DNA of 64,000 nt from Schmidtea polychroa. Taxonomy: Eukaryota. Position numbers and translations under genes: made by a program. This document shows positions 13,778 to 26,832 of this stretch, piece after piece. Each line of letters opens with the position of its first letter. Position 1 is the first letter of the stretch. The notes beneath the pieces were generated by a model that was not told the DNA's origin, searched no databases, and saw only the letters and a program-made list of their open reading frames with translations. The stretch lies in the NCBI GenBank assembly GCA_044892525.1, contig CM097885.1, positions 242,420,001 to 242,484,000 on the forward strand, written 5' to 3'.

Positions 13778-15480
13778 TTGAAATTAAATAAACCAGCATT
13801 GAACTCCTGACAATTTATTTGAAGACCAATTACAGATACTCGAATAATGATCTCATATCTATATGGATCAAAACTCAAGTCTTAAAATTTACTTTAAATA
13901 AAATAAAATTAATTGAAGGCCATTTCTAAAATGGCTAAAATAGTTAAACATAAATTACATTATTTCATTAAAGTAACTATTTCATCAGAAATATCTTATG
14001 ATATACTGTAGTGACACATCTATAATTGGTTGTGCACACCAACCCGTATTATAGATGCGTTTGTTCACTGCAAACGGGTGTATTCTAGAAAAACTTAAAA
14101 CACCACATAAATTTTAATTCTTATTACATTGAATATTCAAAGTTTATAAAAACCAAAATCACCGAACCAAATTATTTTTCATAAAAGACCAGATTAAAAA
14201 TTAATTAATTAAAGTATTTTTCACAAAAATCAAATTATTGAAAAATGTTTAAAATTGATAGTGGAAAAACTTCTGTAATTATCGGCAATCAACTTTGCTA
14301 AGTGTAACATTTAGCGATTCAGAATAATTAGACTAGGATGATCTAGCATTTTTAACATTTTCTTTATTACATCTAAATTTTGGAAGTTGAGTTCACGAGG
14401 TCCCAGTGCCCCTTCAATACTAATTACTTATTAATCCACTAGTATTTTTAAGTTAATTTGATTAATAAGGTGCCCGAACAAATGCTATTTTTGCGGAAGA
14501 ACCAAATTCGTCGAATACTTTTTTCACTATCAACTTTAAGTCATATTTCAATTTGTCAGAACCTTTTTAAGTGTATATGGAAATATGGAAATAGAAACTA
14601 ACCGAAATAATTTCATTGATAACTTTTTTATAATTATCCATATACATTTTAGTTCTTTCCGAAATTAACAGAGACGTTATCTACACAATTAGATGTAATA
14701 ATCCAGTGTTTCCCAAACTTTTTTGACCGGGGCCCGGAACCGGGACACGACCTACGCTTTCAGAAACGTTGTAATAATCCATTTGATTCTAATTTCATTT
14801 TTATCGAGCAGGCTATTTGTTTTGATTATTCGCTATTTAAAGAATAAAAGTTAACTAACCAAGTTTTAACACCCATACTTTTGGTAAAATATTTCACTAA
14901 GTGGGGATGTTTTTATATTTCCTGTATTGGAAGCGTCAGTAGCAAGAGAAATAGTCAGTTAAATTTAATTTCTTCAAGCACTAACCTTTTAGAAGCTGGA
15001 CCAAGTACTTGTGTTACAATTTTTAGTTCTTCCACATTCATATTTTTTGGCAATTGTTTGAATCGGTGAATAATAAGGTACACAAAGCCCTTGCACAATT
15101 GGTGGATATGTTACACAAATGCATTTGTTGGAGCAAAAGTTTAATTTAACTCGAATTTCCTTACAAATAAGTTTGATAAATTACTGCAATTGCAATAATT
15201 TTTAAGCTTTCCGAGTGAAATTTACTTTTATTTTATCGTTTTCACCACCATATCTAACAGAAAAGAAACTTTATTACATGTTGGGGTAAAATCATCAATA
15301 TCTAGTCTTTTCGGTTGTTTTTGGTAATTACAAGCCATAACGTTAAATAAATAAAATATAAATTAAATATTAAATATTATATTATACAGAATAAATTTAT
15401 ACTCCTATATTTTAATAATATGATCTTGTTTATAAACCAAAATGATACAAATACAGATTTAAATATTTAAACAATTTGAT

Positions 15481-16217
15481 CAGTGGCGTAGCCAAAGGGA
15501 GGGGGGTTAGGAGGTTTAAACCCACCATTGGATTTTTCATGTACAAATATTTTTCGACGTCAAGTACCTAAAAGATCATCCACCTAAATAAAAAAACAAA
15601 ACACACTTTTCCTTTATTTTATTTACTGTAAATGTAATACTGTGACCAGGTGCGCCCCAAGCGGGCGTGCAACGCGTGCGTTGCACGCGGGCGACTGTTT
15701 TAAAGGGCGAAAATTTAAAATAAAAACCATTTGCAAAAAAAATTTCATTTTGTAAAATAAAAAAAATTTCATATTGTAAACTTAAAAAAAATACGACTAT
15801 TTTGTTATTGAACGCACATTATGTGTGTGTGTGTGTGGTGTCATTGAACGCACTTCAGCTTAATTTTCATATATCAGTCATTATCTTTTAAAAAAAATTA
15901 GAGAAAATACATTATGAAAAAAAGTAGAGATTAATTAATTTAATTTTTACTTTAATTAAAATGTTATTTTCATTTTGGATTATAGAAATTTTTTTTAAAG
16001 AAAGGATAGGTAGCGACAGGAAATTATTTTGCACGCAGGCGGTCTAACAGCTCGGCGCGCCTCTGACTGTGACTACTGCCTGTACTCTGTAGTCTGTACT
16101 CTCAGTACATTGTGATTATTTATTTTGTTAAATTTTATTTTGGTTATTGACGATAATATTAATAAATATTTCTCAACTCCAACCCCCCCCCCCCATAAAC
16201 AGCTGACTACGCCACCG
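15481..16217. mobile_element. hAT-type MITE (outer) containing a nested MITE
   Basis: TIR CAGTGGCGTAG / CTACGCCACCG; perfect 8-bp TSD AATTTGAT on both sides. Confidence 0.88.
15647..16065. mobile_element. hAT-type MITE nested in 15481-16217
   Basis: Perfect 8-bp TSD ACTGTGAC (15639-15646 and 16066-16073); imperfect CAG...CTG GC-rich termini. Confidence 0.8.
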
Positions 16218-16696
16218 AATTTGATATTTATAAATATATTTATTTTCAATATCGATGCGATCGCTGAAATTTTTTTAATTTAATTAATCTTTTTAGATTT
16301 AATTAATTTAAATTAATAATAATTATAAATTACAATTTTTTTTATTTTTTAATATATTTATGAAAGATTTTATTGAAAATTAAAAAATAGCTAATTAAAA
16401 GAGGAACTTTCAAGATCCATGCCAGGACAGTGGGTATCGGTTTAAAATGCAGAACAATTCAGCCTAAATCAGGATGCCTGGCAGTTAACTCAGTAGTTTT
16501 CAATAATAGTTAAAATTTATAGAAATGTTTGGACTTCTTTAAAAAGCTCTGATAATGTATATTGCGAATTCCTACTACACGGAACGTATCCCGCCTTGTA
16601 TGAGAGTTTACTGTATATACATGTATTTTTAAGGACCCTGTAATTTTTTGGGAAAAGTAATAATTGTACAATTGTGATTTAATAATTAGGTATTAA

Positions 16697-17098
16697 CATG
16701 GCCCCATTAACCATAGAGCTAATTAGGCTACAGCCCAGGGGCGCCATCGATCATAGGGCGCTAAGAAAACAAGATGGTGAAATTTAATTGCTTTTTTTTT
16801 ATTTAAAAAAAAGTAATTTTCTTTATATTTAGCGTATCTGTGATTTAAGTTAGTAATGTGTTCAATGTTATATTTTTTCTCATCCATATAAACCATGTAT
16901 GCTAATGACCTAACTTCTATAAAGATTAAATTCGACTTTGATTACATTTTAAAGTATCACAAAATTTTATTAAAATTCTTATAAAAATTACCAAAGAATA
17001 AAAATACTTTATACATAATTATTTAATCACATTTAAAACCAATTTAAAAATAAAATTTTATTTAGCCCAGGGCGCTCAAACTTATTAATACGGCCATG
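16697..17098. mobile_element. hAT-type MITE
   Basis: TIR CATGGCC / GGCCATG; perfect 8-bp TSD GGTATTAA; subterminal AGCCCAGGG(G)CGC motifs at both ends. Confidence 0.85.
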
Positions 17099-18055
17099 GG
17101 TATTAATAATTTTATTGTAAACAAAAACTTTTACTGTTACATAATTTGAAATTAATTTATAATAATGACAGAAATTTAATAAAAGCAACAGTTTATGAAT
17201 TATAAACTAAGATTACAAGGAATTTGGTTCAAGCATATATTCACGCATACGTGAGTGTTCATTTTAATCTCAAGTTTTTATTTAATCCATGAGGCCTGGA
17301 CTATTTTTTTCTCAAATCGAATTATTTTACTAACCAGATATTATATTAGAAATATTGATTACAGAAACATAACAATATTTTACCTGACTGTAAAATAAAT
17401 TTGAATCATATTATCCCAATGATACTGAAAGGTTTAAACTAATGCTATTTATTTTTATTGTTTTAAAATACAAATATTTACGTTTCACATCTTTGTACTA
17501 CTTATAAATGAAAGTAATTGATTATTTTGAAATATTAAATTTAAATGCTAAATGAATATTTTTTTATTTTAACAATTTTATTTGATGGCCTCCAGATTCC
17601 AATTAAATTTCCCTTGATAGACCCTAAGTAAAGTATGAATTTTGGCACACTCTGACCAGACTGAACTCTAGACCACTCACACCTGATACGTCACAACTGA
17701 ATGATAAATCAAACAGAACATAAAGGCCCAGAACATGCTAACGTTTTACCGAGGTAAGCCAAATTTTTTTCTTTTTTTTTATAAACTTTTATTACAAATT
17801 TTTATTACAAATTATTATGCAACATTGAAATGTTTCATTTCTTCTAGTCTCTAAAAGTCAAGCCTGTTTATACATTAAAAATAATTTTATTGCTTTAACA
17901 CTTTATTTCAGTCTTTCCTATTTTCAAGAGGCTTGGGTATGTTTTTATTAGTTTAAACTTTGAAAAACTTCCTTCAACAATTGCCAAATAGCTTGAAATA
18001 GTTAATAAAGTGCGGGTTGCAATAACTGTTTAAAAAAGGTTCCAATCAATGATTT

Positions 18056-18856
18056 TGTTAGTTTTTTTGTATAAGTCGGTATTACTGTCTGACTCCTTTG
18101 TGTTCTTTTCAAGATAAATAAACGACCCAACACAAAATCTTCATTTAAGACCGATATAGTTACACTTTAGTTACACTTTTTATTAATTCAACCACACTTG
18201 ATACAACCCTCTTTGGTCTGCACTTTTCAATAGACTATCAATCTCACACAGGGATAAATCTTCCAACGGGAGATGTCCCTTTCTGGTACGTTCGATTTTA
18301 AATTATTTATTTGTTACTAACTTTAACGTTTTCTGATCGCTCTCACTGAACTTCTTGTTTTCTTTTTCTACGACCAACTGGCAATTTTGTTTTCTTGCCA
18401 GTCGCTTTTATACCCATTTTGTAATTGATTTTATTTTGACAAATTAGTCTGGATCTAATGTTCCCCCGGGCTTCCTCTTGTAGCTCTAATTCGCTTTAAG
18501 GAAATTGCACCTTTTTCTTTGACGGCTCGCTTCAATTTGATTTTATTCAGCTAATTTAATTGGCTTTCCTAATTTGATAATCAGATTCTCTCAAATCGCT
18601 CGGGTTTTCCATTATCTCGGGTTTCCCATTAGTTAATTAATTTTTAATTTATTTTTGTTTTTTGTAATTTATTCCTTCTAGGGACCCCCATTGATTTTAT
18701 TTTATTATAGTTGAACTCGTCTCATCATTTAGCATCCGCCCATACCAGTTTCCCCCGGAAATATTCATTTTTAAATTTTTTAAATTTTTATTGTGAATTT
18801 GGTGATTTCATTAATTTTTCACCTCATTTTTGTGCCTCTCCTGTTGAACCCCAACA
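18056..18856. mobile_element. Solo LTR, local family copy
   Basis: TGTTAG...CAACA termini, 4-bp TSD ATTT on both sides, shared motifs TCTGACTCC and CTCGGGTTTCCCATT. Confidence 0.75.
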
Positions 18857-19196
18857 ATTTGATTTTTAAAATATAAGAATTTGGAAAGGCGTTTTTTATA
18901 TGACAAGATATTGACATTCATTGCATAATTCATATCCATACAAATTTTCATTCAAATTTTCAACAGACTTCAAAAAATTTCTTCTAAAAGATTGATATTG
19001 TGAGTTTTTAAAAATTTTGAAGAAATATTTAATTTTAATACTTGATTCTCCTTTCTCTTGATGCATCAGTAAATGCTGAATTCCAATATCAAAAATTGAA
19101 AACTTCTTTTATGTTTATTTATCAAAAAATCTAAATATAAAATTTCTGAAATAATTCATGACAACAGTGCAAATGATTTTTATAAGTCAACAACAT

Positions 19197-19949
19197 TCAA
19201 TCGTAATATAACCAATGAACCAAGCACAAAATAGAAAACGAAGATTTTTCATACGAATATGATACGTAATCATCATGATTTTTACTTAAGAGAGAATGGC
19301 TGGTCCAAGAGAAATCTTGATTCTTCATCTCCACAACAATTGTTTGAACTACCAGTTTATACCGAGCTTGCTTGCTGATCACTTTCTTGACTTGATTTTT
19401 AACATCATCACTTATTAATTTGCNNNNNNNNNNNNNNNNNNNNNNNNNNNNNNNNNNNNNNNNNNNNNNNNNNNNNNNNNNNNNNNNNNNNNNNNNNNNN
19501 NNNNNNNNNNNNNNNNNNNNNNNNNNNNNNNNNNNNNNNNNNNNNNNNNNNNNNNNNNNNNNNNNNNNNNNNNNNNNNNNNNNNNNNNNNNNNNNNNNNN
19601 NNNNNNNNNNNNNNNNNNNNNNNNNNNNNNNNNNNNNNNCACTATACTTATGTATCCCTTCAACAAATATTTTTATACTTTTCTCTATTATTGAAAGGAT
19701 AAAAGAATTACTGATTCTGTTGCATTCATTGGGCTCCAGAATATATGTTGGCTCAAATTTCAAAATTGGTTTTTGTTTCTCATGTTTTAATTTATAATTT
19801 TTAATTTTCTGCTTCATTTTGATTATGGTTCCAATGTCCGCAAATGATGTTCGTCGTCCAGACTGACTCGAATCCTGGTTCCCATGAGGCTTGGAAACTT
19901 TTCTATGTTTTAAATTTTCTGATGAATTTTCTTTAGATCTGCTACTCAT
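19197..19949 (-). CDS. Tctex1-domain (dynein light chain Tctex-type) protein, interrupted by an N-gap
   Basis: EPTYILEP, KLISDDVKNQVK, RYKLVVQTIV, DDYVSYSYEKSSFSILCLVHWLYYD match the Tctex-1 domain (TCTEX1D-like); the sequence missing in the gap is probably shorter than the N-run. Confidence 0.85.
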   Translation of the reverse strand: MSSRSKENSSENLKHRKVSKPHGNQDSSQSGRRTSFADIGTIIKMKQKIKNYKLKHEKQKPILKFEPTYILEPNECNRISNSFILSIIEKSIKIFVEGIHKYSXXXXXXXXXXXXXXXXXXXXXXXXXXXXXXXXXXXXXXXXXXXXXXXXXXXXXXXXXXXXXXXXXXXXXXXXXKLISDDVKNQVKKVISKQARYKLVVQTIVVEMKNQDFSWTSHSLLSKNHDDYVSYSYEKSSFSILCLVHWLYYD

Positions 19950-20570
19950 TTAAAAATTTGATTGACAAAATAATAACAGGTAATTTAATATAATATTTAC
20001 GTCGTGTAAATAATATTAATTTGTATGATATTTGATATATTTTCAGAGAATAACCATAGCTACGGACTGAAATCAAAACTCATTTTTAGATTAACTATTT
20101 GTTTTATTGAGAACACTTTTGTTTAATGTTTTAATGTAGTGAATACATAATGCAAACATATTAAATACTAAAATGATGATTAAAAAATTCAGACTACCAT
20201 TTTGATCTATGAGTCAAATGACAATAATAATTTACTACTGGCCTCATTTCATTGTAACACTCGACAGAAGATCAAAAAGAGTGTCGTAACAAGAAATTCA
20301 TTATTGTATGAAATAAAGATAATTTATTATCAGTTGTAAGAACTCAAAGTTTTTTTTATAAATTTAGAGGTTGAAATGTGAAATAGCAAAACACATTCCA
20401 ATTTATTTAAATATGTTGGTGTTATGTAAAGGAGTGTAAAAATTATTCAATTAAAATTTAATTATAAAATTTAATAAAATTTCAAAAAATATAACAGTCG
20501 GCATTTTTCCAGCAAAAGTAAGTAAGGAATGAAAATGTTGAGTTTCAGACTCAATTATATCTGGTTCTTA

Positions 20571-21196
20571 TCTAATATATAAAGATAAAAGTTTGTTTGT
20601 TTGTTACCCATAGAATTCCCCACTGTTGGACCTAGGGTGCTGAAATTTTGCATGTGACCCTCATTTGACTCGGGACAGGTCATATGCTATGTTTCATCCC
20701 CAAGTGCCCACCCCTAGGGCGCTGAAATTTTGCACGTGACCCTCATTTGACTCGGGACAGCTCATGGGCTATGTTTCATCTCCAAGTGGCCACCCTAGGG
20801 TACCCTAAGTCGGTTTGTTTGTCTGTCCGATCAGCAATTTACCATATAAATAATAATTTATTATATGCTTGCTACTTGCAGTTGAAAGTAATATAATTTA
20901 GTCAAAAGTTTTCAAAGCAGAATTCAAACATGGAGAATTTGAATTTTATTTGAATAGTAAACCAGTTTGCTATTGGAAAAATATTGCCAGTTATTTTTCA
21001 ATTTAAATTGGAGTGCGTTTTCGATTTTACAAATTGAAATTTATTTTGAAAGCTTTTCTTATTGTGAATTAAACATGTAATTGAAGCTGTTATAAAATTA
21101 ATACTGGAACGTAATAACATCATTAAACAAAAAAAATAATTAAAATGAATTATTATAATAAATGTAAACTCGGGCGAAGCCGGGTATAACTGCTAG
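20571..21196 (+). mobile_element. Non-autonomous Helitron
   Basis: 5' A|TCTAATATATAAA, (GTTT)n near the 5' end, internal ~80-bp tandem duplication (20632-20800), 3' GGGCGAAGCCGGGT..CTAG|T; inserted between A and T with no TSD. Confidence 0.85.
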
Positions 21197-21524
21197 TATA
21201 AAATAAATAAAGCTGCCCAACTGCAAAATATTTATTAAACAACAATTGTTATATACACATGTTCAACAATACAACTGATTATCTTCAAATAATTGTTTGC
21301 GATTGGCCTTTAGTTTCAAATAATATTTGTGAAGACAGGGATTGTATATTTACCGATTTTTTCATTTACCGGTAAATTAACGAGAATTTTTTTTACTAAA
21401 ATATAAAATAAAATTGACAAAAAAACAAGTTTAAATTTCCATTTCACGATTTTTATTTCAAAAATATAAAATATGAAAAATAAAAAGATGTATTATTATA
21501 AATCTAAACAAATTATAATAATAT

Positions 21525-22271
21525 TGTTGGCTTTTATTAATTAAAATCGGTAACCTCTGACTCCACGTGTCCTTTTAATTGCAAATAACAAAACAATAAA
21601 CTACCCAACGTGTATTTGAATCACAAATCTCTCACAATCCAACGATACAGTCAACGACAGAGTTTTACCAGTTTAATCGGTTCTCCGCTAGGCGCTGATA
21701 CTATGTCAAAATCTTTATCAATATTCACTTTTTAATCGAATTTTTCCTATTTGATCTGGTCCGCTTCCAATTCAAGTTTCTTCTCACATTTCAATTATTT
21801 CCTAACTCTATCCGTTCATTTCCCTAACTTCCTGATTACCCTAAGCTCAGTTTCTTGTCCGTAGCTGAGGCAAAATGCTGGTTTGCTCTGATTCTCCCAT
21901 TTCTTATATACTCTTCGAAATCGAGATGATAAATGGTTATTGCCGAGCCCATCTCTTTCTTGACATTCGATTCCACATATCTGCTTCGGCTGTCACCCAG
22001 AATAGTCCATTAACAAAGATAATTAATAGCCCTCTCTCAGGCCTTTCTGCACGCACTATTTGTTTCTTGGTCTTCTCCCATTAATCATTGTGACACGATA
22101 ATGGGCTCAAATCTTCCTTCTGTTTACTTTTCTCTTTGTTTACCCAACTCGAGATTTCTTTCTACTAGCTAATTAATTAATTAATTAATTAATTAATTTC
22201 ATTTTCTTGTTTTTCCTCTTTTAATTCAATAATAATTCAATTTTAATTTTAATTATTTTATAATCCCAACA
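21525..22271. mobile_element. Solo LTR, local family copy
   Basis: TGTTGG...CCCAACA termini with a perfect ATAT TSD. Confidence 0.8.
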
Positions 22272-23568
22272 ATATTTTAGAAACAAATAAAAATAAAGTA
22301 AAAAAAATAATGACACAGAAATAGCTTTATTAGCTAATAGTTTTCTATTTATTAACATTTTTTAAAATATAGCTCCTCAAAAAACTTAAATTATTTAAAG
22401 TCCTATCCCCTAATTTTTGTTTTTATTTTTGTACAAAATAACCCAGAGCCCGAGAATACCCTTTCTGAATCAACACTTGTTGGACGAATTGTTATCAAAT
22501 AATAATATACCATTTGAATATACTTTACTCGTACTTTCTCTTTGCGGAAGTATTCCAATTCGTTTTTCACAATATATTGCCAATTTTTTAGTTTTTTTGT
22601 TGTGAAACTGATCCTTCCTGGCATTCTGTTTTTTGTTTTTTCAGATAGTATAATTTCTGCTTCATAGGCATTTCTATATTAACTGTAGAAGTGTCAATAT
22701 TTATATTATTTGACTCTAAACTGGTATCAAAATCAGGATGATTTAACTGAATCTGACTATCAACAACAATAATCGAAAGTATTTCCCTAATACTTTTGAT
22801 TATTGTTGCTTTATTGGTGATATGAAAAATATCGTCGTTTGCTTGATTCGAAAAACCAAATTAGTAATAAAAGTCAAATAATGCAGAATATCTCAATAGA
22901 TAGTCCTTCTCTCATTTATGCTGCATATTAAAGTTTTTTTAATTCAGTGCTTAAAAAATTATTTCGTTTAGACAATTCATCCAACATAAATTTTAACGTT
23001 ACATCGGCTACATATAAGTATTAGCATTTTCTTTAGAAAAGGTTTCCACAGCTAGATTGAAGGGTAAAAGTCAGAATAGTCGAATATGGAAGTAAAAAAA
23101 AAAGTCGACAGATCGTGAAAAATAATCCGACTGCAAACTCAAAAAAATCGTCGACAATTTAATTCAAATTATTTTGTGGAAAAAGTTAACTAATAAAAGT
23201 TAGTTATTATACATTTTCCGTACGGTCGGGAGGTGCGGGTGTTGAATGTACATATACCCTCGTGACCTATACCCTTAGACACTGTACCCCTAGGGGAAAA
23301 AATATCCTGTCGGATAGTCTACTACTATATAAGGTAAGACTTTTGTATCTCCGCAACTATATATTTTTTCGTAAATTTTTTCAACGGAATCTAAGTAAAA
23401 AAGTAACGGACTACTTCTCTGCAAAGTTTCAATTTAAAATTCCATCGGGAACACATAGGAAAAACTATTTTTTTAGGATTTAATATTGTCAGCTATTTTT
23501 TTGTACTACATTTTCGACGATTTTTTCGGGTTTCAACATTGGCGACGATTTTAACCAATTAAAGCTAT

Positions 23569-24632
23569 TGTTGAGGTCTGTAAATTAAAATGAATTTAAA
23601 TGAAATTTAGGTTGAAAATCTAAATAAAAAGTAAGTGAAGAAAAAAGAGAGACAAATAAAAGCGTGATCGGGCACAGAAGTGATAGTAAAGAAAAGTGTG
23701 ATGGAAGCAGTACTAGAAAATGCCAAAAGCAATTGCGAAAGGCAAGAATCCGGAAATCCGAGAAAAATCAATAAATTGTAAAATCATCGAAATCGAATTG
23801 GGAAAACGGGACAGGTATAGATTAGCTAATGGTCAAGAAGATGATGATTAGGGATTTATCAGAAAATGGTTAGGAAGGGTCGAAAAACATTCAAATGTGT
23901 AAAAACAGAAAACGTTAATTAATTAATTAATTGGCTAATAGAAAACCCGAGCTATTGGGAAACCCGAGCCAATGGAGAACCCGAGATATGAAGGAAACCG
24001 GAGCTGGGTAAAGAAGAAGAAAAGTAAACAGTAGAAAGATTTGGGCCCATTAGCTTGATACAATGATTAATTGGAAAAGAGCAAGGAGAAGATAGTGCGT
24101 GTAGAAAGGCCGGACGGGCCATTAATTATCTTTGTTCGTTGGACCATTTGGGTGACAGCCGAAGCAGATACGTGAAAGCAAATGTCAAGTGAGAGATTGG
24201 CTCGGCAATAACCATTTGTCATCCCGATTTCGAAGAGTATATAAGGAAGGGGAAAATCAGAACAAACCGGCATTTTGCCTCAGCTAGGGTTAGAAGAAAC
24301 CGAGTTAGGGATAGGTAAAACGAATTAAGGAGATTAGGGAAAAGAAGATATAGAATAGGAATACGGAAAGGTGAAAAAGAATCAAATCAAACAGAAAAAG
24401 AGGGAAACGTGGGTCAAGAGAATCTAAAGAAATAAAAGGTGAATATTATCTTTTGTTAAAGCATCAACGCCGTGCTGAGAATCGATCAAACGTAACTTTC
24501 ATTATTGATTGTAAAGTGCTGAGAAAAGATTGTGAATTTTGTTATTTCAATATACGTTGGATCGTTATTGTTTTGATTTAAAGGACACGAGGAGTCAGAG
24601 GTAACCGACTTAAATTAATTAAAAACCCAACA
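23569..24632. mobile_element. Solo LTR, local family copy in opposite orientation to 21525-22271
   Basis: TGTTGAGG...CCCAACA; flanks CTAT/CTTT (3 of 4); reverse-complement similarity to 21525-22271 over several hundred bp. Confidence 0.75.
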
Positions 24633-25239
24633 CTTTTTTTCTTTGGCCACGATTTTTTTGGCTTACATATTCGACTATCCCCACCGATTGATGGGTTGCA
24701 AACTTGTGATTATATGTCACAATAATTTTAATTCTCTGTCATTAAAATCAAACTTCAATTTTAAATCAATCAAACTTTTTCGGACAGCATCTTTAAGTAA
24801 TAAAAATCTCTCCAAAATATTTAATAAACTATTCCACCTGGTTTTACAATCTAAAATTAAACAAAGCTCTTTCCCAATGATTTCTTTTACATATTTTTGT
24901 AAAAAATTATTTTTGGTTGCCGGTTTTCTATAAATTCTTACTATCTGCAGTATTTTTGTTATTAAACAATTTATTTCAGCATTTTGAAGAACAAGTTGAA
25001 AAGATTCAGTTGCTTTTTGATATATATAAAAATGATCATATTCACTATCGGAAATATCAGAATAAAATTTCAGAATAAAAATTTATATTAAGGATTTTTA
25101 ATTTACCGAATTTACCGGTAAACCGGTTTACCGGTATACAATCCCTAGTAAATTGTATAATAATGAAAAATCTTGTAGCAAGAGTGGATATTGTTCTGGG
25201 ACTACGCAATTTTGAAAAGAGTGAGTGCAGTTTGGAGAA

Positions 25240-26100
25240 TTTCCTTTCTCATCAGTGCAAATAGTAAAGCATGATCAAGTGAGAATTGAAAATGATGATT
25301 TTGCAGCGTTATTCGATGGGAACAAATGGTATGTATCCTAGAAATTGAAAAAAAATCCTGCTATACTGAAAAATCGTTTCACAAAATATACAGTGAAACT
25401 AGAAATATGGCAGGGATATAAAAATGAGATAGAGCGATAGATCAAGAAAGACTGGTTGATTCCAGTGAACGGCAATTATCATGGTGTTTTGACCTTGTTA
25501 GTAGGAGTGTAAAAAACAAAAGGAAAGTGTGATATGTAATTACGTTGGGGCTCACGTTTGTGACAATGATGTATGTGGCGAAAGTTTGAAAAGATGACGA
25601 AAAATGGGAGATCAGGTAGCAATGCTCAATTTAGAGAATACATGTCAAAGATTTTGGGAAATATTAAAAATTGGATACAAATGTGTTGAGGTCTGTAAAT
25701 TAAAATTAAAAATTTAAATAAAATTTAGGATAATAATTCAAATAGAAAGTAAGCGAAGAAAAATGACAAATAAAAGCGTGATCGGGCACAGAATCAATAG
25801 TAAAGGAAAGTGTGATGGAAACAGTATTGGGAAATGCTTTTCTCAAAACTTCTCTCCAAAAATAATGTCTCTGGTGCTCAGAAAAGTGTTGAACTCAATC
25901 CCAGAATCCATGATACGGCAGATCACTACATCGAGGACATCAATGTTACCAAGAGTTTACAATGCTGTGATTCACTTGGCTCAATATAGCTTGACTACAA
26001 AACCAGCAGAGTCAAACAAAAATGGAAAATATTTTGGGCTCAGAATAAAACGTCCTGTCGTTGATCAAAGAAATTTATATAGTTGCAATCGAAAATGAAG
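25240..26100 (+). pseudogene. Decayed Ty3/gypsy pol (RT) fragment with an inserted solo-LTR piece (about 25682-25835)
   Basis: FDGNKWY..PAILKNR..KDWLIP and FSPKIMSLVLRKVL..VIHLAQYSLTTKPAES resemble invertebrate gypsy RT segments; many stops. Confidence 0.55.
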
Positions 26101-26832
26101 TCACTCGTCTTATGCTGTTCTCTATATGCAGAAAGCATGTCGGACATTAATAAGTTGCGGTTAATAAGTAAGCTGGTTGAAAACAAAAAAATTAATAATG
26201 AAAGTGGAACACGAGTCCATGGAATTTAAAAAATGCTAGTTATATGCTAGTTATACCGCTTATCAAGGGTCTCATAGCCGACGGTAGTATGTCTATTTCT
26301 GTACGCTTGACGAAGTCAGGAGACCAACCGAGCAGATGTCCTCACTCGTGTACCGCAATAAGTGTAGGGTTAATACTTACGCGGAGAACCCTAGTACGCA
26401 AATGTGATTGATCTATCAATCAATATTATATCAACATTGGTCAGTCAACCAATCCCATAAAATCCACATTCAATACTCAACATCAATTCAACCTATAACT
26501 ATCCCTCTTTTGATTTCAATCAACCAATTTCAATCACAACTTGCTAAATTTCCCGATTAAATAATTAACAATCTCAGAAGACGACGACTGCGGTTCGCGA
26601 TATCCCAATTAAATAAGGTCTTTTAGTTTAATAAAAGTTTGAATTGTAGTTTGTTAGTTGTATTTGGTTAATTTAATATTTCATTCTTATTATTATTTAT
26701 ATTGTATTACGCAATATACACACAGACCCCGATATCTAGTATAATTTTTATTGGTTTATACATACCGCATATATACAACATACAAGCACGCCAACTGTCC
26801 CAAACGATTTTCTAGTATCTAGTACTCTATCA

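Larger units (their letters stand above)
21336..25147 (-). mobile_element. Old hAT element split by nested solo LTRs
   Basis: Termini CAGGGATTGTATA / TATACAATCCCTA with TTACCGGT subterminal repeats; hATC-like ITIRPTSVDSERVFSGSGLF at 22403-22624; no TSD found. Confidence 0.6.

Noticed and set aside
17640-17760. GC-richer segment that might be a SINE or small RNA gene
   Set aside because: No convincing A/B boxes, cloverleaf, Sm site or second copy in the window.
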